Origin: an uncultured archaeon
GTDB taxonomy: Archaea > Asgardarchaeota > Thorarchaeia > Thorarchaeales > Thorarchaeaceae
Direction of reading: 5' to 3'
NCBI GenBank assembly: GCA_964631415.1
Contig: CAZVZC010000006.1
Coordinates: 3,001 to 67,000 of the forward strand
Length of the DNA: 64,000 bases
This document shows, piece by piece, positions 18,466-27,462 of the stretch. The translations under genes and the position numbers were made by a program. Numbering within the stretch: the first letter of the stretch is position 1; each line of letters opens with the position of its first letter. The notes below the pieces were generated by a model. That model saw only the letters and a list, made by a program, of their open reading frames with translations. It was not told the DNA's origin and made no database searches.

Positions 18466-19514
18466 TAGTTCGTGATTCAGTGTCAACGCGGAAGCCACAC
18501 CCTGGGCGAAAGCCTGGCAGAGAAGGAAGTGCCGGGTCAGATCTCAAGATTGGGAAAACCCCGGAAGCACTCAGGCTCATCGGCTACGATCAGGAGATGC
18601 TCGACAGACAGTTTCAGGTCCTCAGGATCATCCTTCGGAAACAGCAAGAGCAAGGGGTTCCAGTTCCATTCAAGGACATAGAGAGTCAGATACGGGTAGA
18701 AGCCGACAACAGGAGCGTCGTTCGTCCCCAGATATATCGATGGCTAACGTCTTTGGAGAAGGATGGATATTTGAGTGTTGACAGGTTCTCTAGGCCCCAC
18801 CGCTATTCTGCCTCTGTCGAAACCTTGGCAGCCGCTCTTAGTGAAGCTAGGACGAGGGCTCTGGTTTCCTTGGAACGGGAGAGAATGAGGCTTCTCTCAG
18901 ATATCCAGAACCTATATGTCAACCGCGACCCAAGTGACAACGAGTCTGAAGCTCCAGACTTCTCGCGTCTTGCCGGTGATACAATCGAATTGATCACAGG
19001 AGTCCGCCAAAGGACCGTGGTCAGGTTCGCTGAAGGGCTGGAACAGATAAACAGACTGATTGATAGTGAGGTATACTCGACCGTCAGAAAGAGGGATGTC
19101 CTCAGACTCTCGATGGGCCAGAGGGGTATCGACTTGGTCACCGCAGAGCAGCATACGAAAGCTGTAAGCAGACTCGCCAATAAGGGGGCCATCTTCAGAG
19201 TATTACTGAGTAGTAACTTCGACACAAACGACAGGATTGGTCGCCTAGTTGTTGATACCTACAGGTCGCTGATCCAAGACAGCCTCGATGTTTCACTAAA
19301 GAGGCGTACGCGTTCGGAGGAAACATACCAGATGGTCGCAAGAAACAGCGACAGGGTGGTACTCAGGGTGTCAGATGAGCCAATCGCAGCCACCTTCATC
19401 CCGAGATTCATCAATCAGGAGCTAGTAGACGATGCCATTGCGAGCTTCGATGCGGAATTCGCCATAGCGACAGATGTCACGACCGGGACATCCGATTGGA
19501 GGACTAAAGCGTGA
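18462..19514 (+). CDS. TrmB-like transcriptional regulator paralog 3
   Basis: 'FQVLRIILRKQQEQGVPVPFKDIESQI...IYRWLTSLEKDGYLSVD' and the C-terminal 'AATFIPRFINQELVDDAIASFDAEF'. ATGA overlap with paralog 2. Confidence 0.7.
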   Translation: MIVRDSVSTRKPHPGRKPGREGSAGSDLKIGKTPEALRLIGYDQEMLDRQFQVLRIILRKQQEQGVPVPFKDIESQIRVEADNRSVVRPQIYRWLTSLEKDGYLSVDRFSRPHRYSASVETLAAALSEARTRALVSLERERMRLLSDIQNLYVNRDPSDNESEAPDFSRLAGDTIELITGVRQRTVVRFAEGLEQINRLIDSEVYSTVRKRDVLRLSMGQRGIDLVTAEQHTKAVSRLANKGAIFRVLLSSNFDTNDRIGRLVVDTYRSLIQDSLDVSLKRRTRSEETYQMVARNSDRVVLRVSDEPIAATFIPRFINQELVDDAIASFDAEFAIATDVTTGTSDWRTKA

Positions 19515-20470
19515 GCAAAGCTGCGGCAGCACTCGATTTGATTGACATTCACCTCGACTCCAGCGAGATGGAGGTTCTCCGGTACTTGTTGAAAGCCTCA
19601 CGAGGCCCGCAGAGAGTCACCTTCACTACCGTATATGACCAAGTCAAAAAGGCAAAGGTCAGACCTCCAACGAGAGCCTGGGTGTATGAGTGCCTCAGAA
19701 AGCTGGAAACAGACGGTTTCATATCTGTCGACAAGCTGCCTCGACCTTGCTCCTACATCGTGAGCAGCGAAACAATCGCGAACGGTCTGGAGCGCGCTTG
19801 GAAGAGCAGACTGGATTCGATAGAGAGTGAGATCGGACTACTGACTCGGACTAGTGCAGAGGACTTGGCCGCCTTCCTGTACAAGTCTGCAAACGGCAGC
19901 CCAATGCAGCAGAACACGAATGTTGCCAGAGGGGTCGAGAACGTCAGAAGGCTCATCAGATCCGAACTGCTGGACAGGAAACAGTGGAAGGCAGGCGACG
20001 AACTGAAGCTCATTCACAGACTGGACAACCTGATTGGCGCGAAGGGTCCCAGTGGTCCTGTGGACAAAGAGATAGTTGCTGCTGCCATGGATGGCCTCAA
20101 TGTGCGTGTAGTGTTCATATTCTCAGATATCGCACTTGATGGTTTAGGTGATGTTGCTTCATTCATGCGTGACGAGGGCAGCCAGCTTGCGAGTCTGCTC
20201 ATGAGTGGGCGTCTACAGATCAGACTGTATCCTGAAGATGTGGCAACATACAGAATCGTCGCCCTGAACAGAAGCAAATTGGTGATGTTACTGACGAATG
20301 CATTCAGGCCCGACGCGGCTGTACTACTAGACCAGGCCGAGCAACCGGTCATAGTTGAGCATGCGATGCAGAGGTTTGACACGCTTTGGAACCAGTCGAT
20401 AGACGCCAGAGAGCTTATGGCAGCCATGTTTGCAAAGTCTGGTAATCCCAATGCGGGCAGTACCGGCTAG
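19511..20470 (+). CDS. TrmB-like transcriptional regulator paralog 4
   Basis: 'MEVLRYLLKASRGPQRVTFTTVYDQV...VYECLRKLETDGFISVD' and the C-terminal 'PVIVEHAMQRFDTLW'. GTGA overlap with paralog 3. Confidence 0.7.
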   Translation: MSKAAAALDLIDIHLDSSEMEVLRYLLKASRGPQRVTFTTVYDQVKKAKVRPPTRAWVYECLRKLETDGFISVDKLPRPCSYIVSSETIANGLERAWKSRLDSIESEIGLLTRTSAEDLAAFLYKSANGSPMQQNTNVARGVENVRRLIRSELLDRKQWKAGDELKLIHRLDNLIGAKGPSGPVDKEIVAAAMDGLNVRVVFIFSDIALDGLGDVASFMRDEGSQLASLLMSGRLQIRLYPEDVATYRIVALNRSKLVMLLTNAFRPDAAVLLDQAEQPVIVEHAMQRFDTLWNQSIDARELMAAMFAKSGNPNAGSTG

Positions 20471-20490
20471 ATCCATTCTCAAGCTGATAC

Positions 20491-21561
20491 CTAGCCTGAT
20501 GCAACGACCCAGTCCTTGCTCTCTGTCAGTGTCGAGAACACGTCATCGCACACAGCCTGGAAGTCGTGATACGGCCCGTATTCACCGCCTGCCGCATACG
20601 CGTGTCCGCCGCCTTTGAAAAGCGCCGCGGCGGCATTACACAAGACGCTTTCCCGGCCACGCCGGAATCCCAGCATCCCGCCGGGACTCAAGGTTACAAA
20701 GAGGTCGGCCACGGGTAGTTGTCGGTCGGCAAGGTTGAGATTCTTCGTATCAGCGACGAATGTGCCTATGTCAGTCGTTGTCACTCCATTTGGCATCTCT
20801 ACTATCCGGACCAGACGGCCGTGTATCTCCAAGTCGCAATGGGCGGCCAAGGCTTTTCGCATCTTCTTGAGCCGCTCCTTCCGATAGTTGTCTACCCTTT
20901 GATTGAGCAAGACATCACGGAACTTCCTGCCACTCTCATCCCAGATGCCAGACAGTCCTGTTTCTGCTAGGCTCCTGAGGAGGGGCATCAGAGCCGCTGT
21001 TAGGTCATCTCCCTTGTCGAGTGCAGCGAATCTTGTCAAGGACAGTGCGTCAGTGAGTGCGCTTGCGGACTCTATCTCTCTAATGTTGAAATCAGTGTCG
21101 TGCGCAATCTTGGCCATCTCTGCACACACCTCGTCCCGCGGCAACAACACCTTGAATGCTATCTCAGCTCCGCAGTACTCGTGGTTGATCCGCAGCACAG
21201 GGCTGTTGGCAAGTGATAGTATGGATTTCACTGCCCTATCAGGCCATTCATGATGATCAAGCCATACTACCCTGCAACCCTGGGCTGTGGCCCTCCTTAG
21301 CGAACTGATAACTGTGTCAAGGGAGTTCCCATCAAGACCAAGGTCTGTGACTACAATGAGGGTGTTCTTGAAGCCGCCTACCTTTGGAAAGACAGCTTCG
21401 AATGAACCGTAATCAGTGAGTATCACGCTGTGTTTGAGGCCCTTGGACTTCGCATATCGCCACACGATAGCCGCAGAGATGAAACCGTCCGCATCCTTCT
21501 CGTGAGAAATCGAATATAGAGAGGTGATTTTGGTGCTTGGTGTCTCAGTCGGTTCGGTCAT
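20491..21561 (-). CDS. DHH/DHHA1 family phosphoesterase (NrnA/RecJ-like)
   Basis: Motifs 'HEKDADGFISAAI' (DxD), 'VVWLDHHEW' (DHH) and 'GGGHAYAAGG' (DHHA1 GGGH). 356 aa. Confidence 0.85.
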   Translation of the reverse strand: MTEPTETPSTKITSLYSISHEKDADGFISAAIVWRYAKSKGLKHSVILTDYGSFEAVFPKVGGFKNTLIVVTDLGLDGNSLDTVISSLRRATAQGCRVVWLDHHEWPDRAVKSILSLANSPVLRINHEYCGAEIAFKVLLPRDEVCAEMAKIAHDTDFNIREIESASALTDALSLTRFAALDKGDDLTAALMPLLRSLAETGLSGIWDESGRKFRDVLLNQRVDNYRKERLKKMRKALAAHCDLEIHGRLVRIVEMPNGVTTTDIGTFVADTKNLNLADRQLPVADLFVTLSPGGMLGFRRGRESVLCNAAAALFKGGGHAYAAGGEYGPYHDFQAVCDDVFSTLTESKDWVVASG

Positions 21562-21677
21562 TGCGCGTCATCTTGGGCGTGACTTCGGTCTTTTGACGCT
21601 TTTCCTAGTATCCAACACTAGTCCTTTCGAAAACGTTTTCTCTGCACTCAGGCCCCTTCACAGAAGAGCTGGACCAT

Positions 21678-23549
21678 ATGGCGAACTCTCAATACTCTCT
21701 CATGAGCGGCAATGAGGCGATGGCAAGAGGAGCGATAGAGGCTGGCGTTGGATTTTGTGCTTCTTATCCGGGAACGCCCTCCACTGAGATCACGGAGAGC
21801 CTCATGCGAAGCGCTTCTGCTAGAGGAATCTATGTTGAGTGGAGCATCAATGAGAAGGTGGCCCTTGAGGCAGCCTCTGCAGCCAGCTGGGTGGGAATCC
21901 CCGCTCTCTGCCCCGTGAAATCACTCGGTCTGAATGTCGCAGCGGATTTCCTCCTGAATCTCAACCTGTCTGGCAGCGGGACGGGTGGGTTGGTCATCGT
22001 GGTTTGCGATGACCCGGAAGGACACAGCTCAAGCAACGAACAGGACTCAAGGTTCTATGCGAAAGCGGCCATGCTACCGATGCTGGAGCCCTCCAGCGGT
22101 CAGGAGGCAAAGGAAACGATTCTCTATGCCTTCGACCTTTCTAGAAGGCACGAAGTGCCTGTGATTGTACGAAGCACAACGAGGCTGAGTCACTCTAGCA
22201 GTCTGGTGAGTGTCGGGTCGTTGCCACGAACAACGCCGGTGGCTTTGTCCTCTTTTCCCAGAGGCCTCTTCAACGTGCCGCAGCCGGCCATGAAGCACAG
22301 GGAGCTGCTAAGCAAGATGCGGCTCATAGAGGCTGAGTTCGAGCAGTCCAGCTTGAACAAGCTGAATGTAGGCCCTGACATCAAGACCCTCTTGATATCC
22401 TCCGGTATCTGCCAGAGGTACTCCGAGGAGGCACTGGCACTTGTCAACATCGAGAACACGGGAAGCCTAGGCCTTGTCACAACAAGCCCAATCCCCACTG
22501 GGTTGATTCAGAATGCCATGGCGGGGGTGGAGAAGGTGCTCTTTGTAGAGGAGACAGACCCGTTCTTGGAGGATGAGATACGCTCCCTCTCTGCGGACCT
22601 CCCAATGCCCGGTCGGCCCCGTTTCTATGGAAAGCGCACGAAAACCCTCCCTGCTTGGGGTGAGATGAGTGTGGATCGTGTTGTGGAAGCTCTGTCGGCA
22701 GTTCTTGGGGTTCCACACGAGAAGGAACTACAACCAGCTCAAGATGCCCGCGTCAGAGGGGCCAAGCTGCTCATCCCAAGGCCGCTGACATTCTGCGCAG
22801 GCTGTACTCACAGGAACGTGTACTGGGCATTGCGGCAGGAGAAGAAGAGAAGAGGCGGCCGGCTTGTCGTTGCTGGAGACATTGGCTGCTACTCGATGGG
22901 CGTCTTCTATGACGAGGCCATGAATACGATGCAGGCCATGGGCTCCGGCATCGGTACCGCATGTGGACTCGGGCAACTTGGCAGGTTCGGTTTCGAGTCT
23001 GCCGTCGTGGCTGTGGCAGGCGACTCCACATTCTTCCATGCCTGCTTGCCAGCTCTCGTGAATGCACGACACAAGAATGCGAACCTCACCTTCCTGATAC
23101 TTGACAATGAAACGACTGCAATGACCGGATTTCAGCCCCATCCCGGTTCTGCTATACAGGACAAGGGCCAACGGCGCATCAGCATTCCGGACCTGGTTCA
23201 AGCAATCGGTCCGGATTACATGACGACGAGGGACTCTGTCGAGATAGACCCGCTCGTCGAACTCATTCATACCGCTGTCGCAAAAGATGGCCTCAAGGTC
23301 CTCATCCTGAAGGGCGTGTGTCGGCTGGAGCAACAGCGGCGCGGTTTCCTCCACGATGATCTACATAGAGTGAGCGTGGATCCGGCTCTCTGTCGTGGTG
23401 AGAAGTGTGAGATATGCTTCAACCAGTTCGGCTGCACTGCTATTGGCTGGCTCCCCAAAGAGAAACGAGCCACAATCCTTGATGAAGTATGTGTGCGTTG
23501 CGGCTCATGCATCGGAGTGTGTCCCCATAAGGCCATTCATCGGGAGTGA
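21678..23549 (+). CDS. iorA: Indolepyruvate:ferredoxin oxidoreductase subunit alpha
   Basis: 'GNEAMARGAIEAGVGFCASYPGTPSTEI' at the N-terminus. TPP-binding region 'GDIGCY...GDSTFFH'. C-terminal ferredoxin-type 'CVRCGSCIGVCP'. Followed by the beta subunit with a 4-nt overlap. Confidence 0.9.
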   Translation: MANSQYSLMSGNEAMARGAIEAGVGFCASYPGTPSTEITESLMRSASARGIYVEWSINEKVALEAASAASWVGIPALCPVKSLGLNVAADFLLNLNLSGSGTGGLVIVVCDDPEGHSSSNEQDSRFYAKAAMLPMLEPSSGQEAKETILYAFDLSRRHEVPVIVRSTTRLSHSSSLVSVGSLPRTTPVALSSFPRGLFNVPQPAMKHRELLSKMRLIEAEFEQSSLNKLNVGPDIKTLLISSGICQRYSEEALALVNIENTGSLGLVTTSPIPTGLIQNAMAGVEKVLFVEETDPFLEDEIRSLSADLPMPGRPRFYGKRTKTLPAWGEMSVDRVVEALSAVLGVPHEKELQPAQDARVRGAKLLIPRPLTFCAGCTHRNVYWALRQEKKRRGGRLVVAGDIGCYSMGVFYDEAMNTMQAMGSGIGTACGLGQLGRFGFESAVVAVAGDSTFFHACLPALVNARHKNANLTFLILDNETTAMTGFQPHPGSAIQDKGQRRISIPDLVQAIGPDYMTTRDSVEIDPLVELIHTAVAKDGLKVLILKGVCRLEQQRRGFLHDDLHRVSVDPALCRGEKCEICFNQFGCTAIGWLPKEKRATILDEVCVRCGSCIGVCPHKAIHRE

Positions 23550-24175
23550 TTCATTTGGATAGACCATACAATGTGCTCATTGCAGGGGTAGGAGGACAAG
23601 GAAACCTACTATGCGGAAGGGTCCTGGCTGAGGCCGCCATCTCGGAGGGATACAGGCCCACTATTGGCGAAACCTTTGGAGCCTCGCGCAGGGGCGGAAC
23701 AGTGGTCACACACGTGCGCCTTGGAAACCGAGACCTAGGCCCCCTGATTCCTCGTGGCACAGTCGATATGTTGATTGGTCTTGAACCGATGGAATCCCTT
23801 CGTGCGGCAGTGGACTACTGTGAAGACCGCGCCGTCGCAGTTGTGAGTACTGCCGAAGTGCAAACAATGCAGTGCATAGCGGGAGCAACGAAGTACCCGT
23901 CGTTGGCAGGCATATTGGATGTCATGTCCTCAATCTGTGCAAGCGTTTCCTCTGTAGATCCTGTTGCAGTCCTCGGTGAAACCGGGTACAGACGCGTCCT
24001 GAACTCCTTCATGTTGGGAGCGGCACTCGCCTCTGGCATAGCAACTCTCACGGCAAACCGTGTTAGAGATACGCTGACCGGGCTCATGCAACCTGTGGAC
24101 CCCAATGTAGCTGCATTCGATGCAGGGCTCAAAGCCTCCGCCAAAGTGCGAGCCCGAGATCTCAGAGCACATTAG
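23546..24175 (+). CDS. iorB: Indolepyruvate:ferredoxin oxidoreductase subunit beta
   Basis: 'YNVLIAGVGGQGNLLCGRVLAEAA' is the gamma-type OFOR domain. 209 aa, translationally coupled to iorA. Confidence 0.85.
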   Translation: MIHLDRPYNVLIAGVGGQGNLLCGRVLAEAAISEGYRPTIGETFGASRRGGTVVTHVRLGNRDLGPLIPRGTVDMLIGLEPMESLRAAVDYCEDRAVAVVSTAEVQTMQCIAGATKYPSLAGILDVMSSICASVSSVDPVAVLGETGYRRVLNSFMLGAALASGIATLTANRVRDTLTGLMQPVDPNVAAFDAGLKASAKVRARDLRAH

Positions 24176-26481
24176 ACACCATGTTTCTTGGTGTCAGCGG
24201 TCTTCTTGGCCTCGTTCCACATGAGCTCGGCCAGAATCGTGAACATGTCCGCCACACCCTCGCCTGTCTTTGCACTGCTTTCCATGTAGACAAAACCCTG
24301 TGACTCGGCCCATTGCTTGGCCTCTTCACTACTGACCGCCCTGTCGGGCAAGTCTATCTTGTTGCCCACGCATACCATGGGTACGCGGCCACCTATTGAC
24401 TCATCCGACTCCTCTAGCCACTTGACTAGCTCGCTGAAGGAACGCCGGCGGGTGACATCGAACACCAGTATGACTCCTGCGGCTCCACTGTAGTACATCT
24501 TGCGTACTGCTTTGAAACGAGCTTGGCCGGCAACATCCCACGCTTGTATCTTGATGCCTGTAGCGTATTGTGACTCTGGCGGCGAGATGTGCGTGAGCTT
24601 GACTGCGAACTGTGACCCTATCGTGGTCTTGTAGTCCTTCTCGAATTGACCAGTCGTGAATCTGTTGACGAGAGCCGTCTTTCCCACTGCACCCTCGCCT
24701 ATCACCATGGTCTTGAACAGGTAGCTGTATGAGTCTGAGGGTGTACCGGGCTTAGGGGCCTTGGGTTTCCGTGCACGGATCTCGGCTACAATGGCGCTCT
24801 CGACTGACACAACCGCTCGTGCAGGGACCTCCACAGCAGGCTCCTCTTCCTCAGGGAGCTCGGCCAGTGCAGCAACGTCTATGCTAGTCACTTCGGTCGT
24901 TTCGCTGAAGAGCCTGTCGAGCAGTTTCTCTGCCTCACGCAATGACGCCGCTGTGCCTTCTGTCATCTCCGGTTCTTCATCGGGCGATGTGATTGTTTCT
25001 TCCGTTGAAACCCTGCCAAAGCCCGTGCCGACAGTTTCTCCAAAGAGTGTGCCTGTTTCCTCCTCAGGAACTTCGGCCTCTTTTTGTGGGGTAAGCACAA
25101 CAGGGGCTACGGCTGATGCTGCTGCCGTCACGGATCCCTTCTCAACCATTACCGCGGTTTCAGGAGTGGTTACCTGCCGCACCCGGCCGTCGGAATCTGT
25201 CCACATGAGCACTATCGGTCTCACGATTACCGAGCCCTCGGCCTTTGGCATTAGCTGAAGCTCAACAGTCTTAGTTTCAAAGGGTCCGAGGTCGAAGCGC
25301 ACCTGTTGCGGAGTTACATCCATGTCCGCCTTGGGAAACCAGTAGACCTTCCCACTAACACTACTGACAGGCTTGTCTGTCACGTTGGTCAGTGTGACGC
25401 GACCTGCCAACCCAGTACCAGTTTTTGCCTGAGGACTCACTTCGAACTTGGGTATGACCGTATACAATCCTTGGATGACCTTGAGTGGACCATTGGATAT
25501 ACCGACGAGAACCTCCTTCCTTCCGTCGCCTCCCGCATCTCCGGCACTGATAGTGAGTATCTTGGTCCCAATGTCTACCTTTGCTATCTGTTGCAGTTCA
25601 GCTGCCTGGATATTGTAGAAGACAACATTGGCGTCGGAGGTGGCGACTACGGCCTCATCCATATGGTCGGCATTCAGCTCCTCAATCCTCAGAGAGAGAG
25701 CTTTGACTTTGTCCAGCATCGTGAATAGCTCGAGATGGCTCTCTTCGTTGCGATATACTCGTATTGACCCGTCGTAGGTCACGACGCCCAGTTCCATCTT
25801 GCGATCTCCGAGCAGATCACCAGAGGCGACAGAAACTACAGGGCTCGGCAGGTTGAGTACCTCCATCTGCTCGATTGTATGATCCTTCACTTTGAAGACT
25901 CTGACCGTCTTGTCTCTGTTGCCCGTGACGATTTCATCTATCTCATCACCATCGACGTCGCATGTCCCTATCGTTATGGGCATGTCATCGAGCCGATAGC
26001 GCGCATACTCTGACAGGTTGTTCAAAGTATCCATCTCAAATACCCTGAGAGTTGAGTCGCTGCCACCCACCATGATCTCATTCTTGTCGTCACCAGTCAC
26101 ATCAGTGACTCTGACGGTCGTCACGAATCGGTCGACAGGATGTTCTGCCAATAGCTCGAGACTCCCGCTGGATGAGAACCTGTAGACCTGCAGGGTACCA
26201 GCAATCCCCGCTACATCCCGGGGACCTATGCTCCGGCCGACCACTATTTCGTTCTGTCCATCGTTATTGGCGTCAGCAATCTCAATAGATAGAATGCTTC
26301 CTTCGACGTCAAGTTGAGCCAGAAACTGAATCTCGCTCTTGTTAGCATCATAGACACGCAGCACTCCGTCACGCCCACCTGTACAGAGCTCGGACTTCCC
26401 CGTACCTACAACATCACCTACGGCGATTGCACTGGTGCTCTTGTCTTCCTTTATCTCGAAGAGAACTCTTGGTGAATCCAA
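24172..26481 (-). CDS. Seven-bladed FG-GAP/VCBS-type beta-propeller - beta-sandwich - acidic linker - Rab/Ras-like small GTPase fusion protein
   Basis: 769 aa with no signal peptide or TM. Seven repeats fit the form 'D..GD...E(I/L)(V)VG..D..(L/I)RV(F/Y)'. C-terminal G1 'GEGAVGKT', G3 'WDVAGQ', G4 'GNKID' and G5 'SAK' are present. Confidence 0.85.
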   Translation of the reverse strand: MDSPRVLFEIKEDKSTSAIAVGDVVGTGKSELCTGGRDGVLRVYDANKSEIQFLAQLDVEGSILSIEIADANNDGQNEIVVGRSIGPRDVAGIAGTLQVYRFSSSGSLELLAEHPVDRFVTTVRVTDVTGDDKNEIMVGGSDSTLRVFEMDTLNNLSEYARYRLDDMPITIGTCDVDGDEIDEIVTGNRDKTVRVFKVKDHTIEQMEVLNLPSPVVSVASGDLLGDRKMELGVVTYDGSIRVYRNEESHLELFTMLDKVKALSLRIEELNADHMDEAVVATSDANVVFYNIQAAELQQIAKVDIGTKILTISAGDAGGDGRKEVLVGISNGPLKVIQGLYTVIPKFEVSPQAKTGTGLAGRVTLTNVTDKPVSSVSGKVYWFPKADMDVTPQQVRFDLGPFETKTVELQLMPKAEGSVIVRPIVLMWTDSDGRVRQVTTPETAVMVEKGSVTAAASAVAPVVLTPQKEAEVPEEETGTLFGETVGTGFGRVSTEETITSPDEEPEMTEGTAASLREAEKLLDRLFSETTEVTSIDVAALAELPEEEEPAVEVPARAVVSVESAIVAEIRARKPKAPKPGTPSDSYSYLFKTMVIGEGAVGKTALVNRFTTGQFEKDYKTTIGSQFAVKLTHISPPESQYATGIKIQAWDVAGQARFKAVRKMYYSGAAGVILVFDVTRRRSFSELVKWLEESDESIGGRVPMVCVGNKIDLPDRAVSSEEAKQWAESQGFVYMESSAKTGEGVADMFTILAELMWNEAKKTADTKKHGV
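24175..24729 (-). other. Domain: Rab/Ras-like small GTPase (aa 585-769)
   Basis: 'LFKTMVIGEGAVGKTALVNRFTTGQFEKDYKTTIGSQF...IQAWDVAGQARF...VCVGNKIDL...ESSAKTGEGV'. Confidence 0.85.
25462..26481 (-). other. Domain: seven FG-GAP-like propeller blades (aa 1-340)
   Basis: Blades are centred on 'VGDVVGTGKSELCTGGRDGVLRVY', 'IADANNDGQNEIVVGRS', 'VTDVTGDDKNEIMVGGSDSTLRVF', 'TCDVDGDEIDEIVTGNRDKTVRVF', 'SGDLLGDRKMELGVVTYDGSIRVY', 'LNADHMDEAVVATSDANVVFY' and 'AGDAGGDGRKEVLVGISNGPLKVI'. Confidence 0.75.
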
Positions 26482-26655
26482 CTTGTGTTACCTTCCGTGC
26501 TCTGTCAGTTACACTCCGCAGGTCTGGACTACTTTCGATGAGCTCAGAAGCAAACTGCGTCAATTGCACCTTCGAGGTGAGGTGGCCTTTTCTACTTTGT
26601 GCGCTTTAAGTCCACTAGGGCGGAACAAGCCCAATCAGACACTATTTAACGGAAC

Positions 26656-27462
26656 ATGCTGATGCCCTGCGCGGCGACGAAGGTGCCCAAACTCTCAGTC
26701 CAGAACCTAGTCAAGTCCTACGTCAACGACAACCTTGAGGAAACTAGGGTACTAGACGGCATCTCCTTTGATGTTCAGGAGAGAGAGTTCCTCAGTATTC
26801 TTGGCCCGTCAGGTTGCGGCAAGACCACGCTATTGAAGATAATATCTGGGCTTCTTGAGGCAGACAGTGGCCAAGTGATCATTGATGGACATCCCGCAGG
26901 ACCTGGCCACCACCGCGTCGGTTTCATGTTTCAGCAGGAAAGCCTGTTCCCATGGAGAACCGTTAGGAAGAATATCGAGTTTGGTCTTGAGGTGAAGGGC
27001 GTGCCTACCGAAGAGAGGAGAAAACTCTCTGACAGGATGATTGCACTTGTTGGTATGAGGGGCCTAGAGGACAACCTGCCACATGAGATATCCGGGGGAC
27101 AGGCAAGGAAAACTGAGATGGCTCGCAGTCTTGTGACATCTCCAGACGTCCTGGTTTCGGACGAGGGCTTCTCCAATCTTGATGCGCAGACGAGGAACTA
27201 CCTTCAGGAGGAGTTCCTCAGGATATGGCAGGAAACTGGGTCCACAGTTATCTTCGTGTCGCATAACGTCGATGAAGCGGTCTTCATGTCAGACAGGATA
27301 ATCATGCTGAGCAATGCGCCTGCGCGAATAATAGCAGAGTATGTCATCGACCTTCCAAGGCCCCGAGACCGGACATCACCTGCGTGCTCCTCGTACCGAG
27401 CGAAGATACTTGAACTCCTCAAAGTGGAACAGGAGAAGGCAATGAGAATCAGGTATAGCTAG
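26656..27462 (+). CDS. ABC transporter ATP-binding protein (NitT/TauT nitrate/sulfonate/taurine family)
   Basis: Walker A 'GPSGCGKTT', signature 'ISGGQARK', Walker B region 'VLVSDEGFSNLD', H-loop 'VSHN'. Confidence 0.85.
   Translation: MLMPCAATKVPKLSVQNLVKSYVNDNLEETRVLDGISFDVQEREFLSILGPSGCGKTTLLKIISGLLEADSGQVIIDGHPAGPGHHRVGFMFQQESLFPWRTVRKNIEFGLEVKGVPTEERRKLSDRMIALVGMRGLEDNLPHEISGGQARKTEMARSLVTSPDVLVSDEGFSNLDAQTRNYLQEEFLRIWQETGSTVIFVSHNVDEAVFMSDRIIMLSNAPARIIAEYVIDLPRPRDRTSPACSSYRAKILELLKVEQEKAMRIRYS

Noticed and set aside
22728-23354. 208-aa minus-strand ORF within iorA, plus several shorter ones between 21830 and 23536.
   Set aside because: iorA has strong family motifs across this span, so the antisense ORFs are frame noise.
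24761-25258. 165-aa plus-strand S/T/A-rich ORF.
   Set aside because: It is antisense to the acidic E/P/T linker of the propeller-GTPase fusion and has low complexity.
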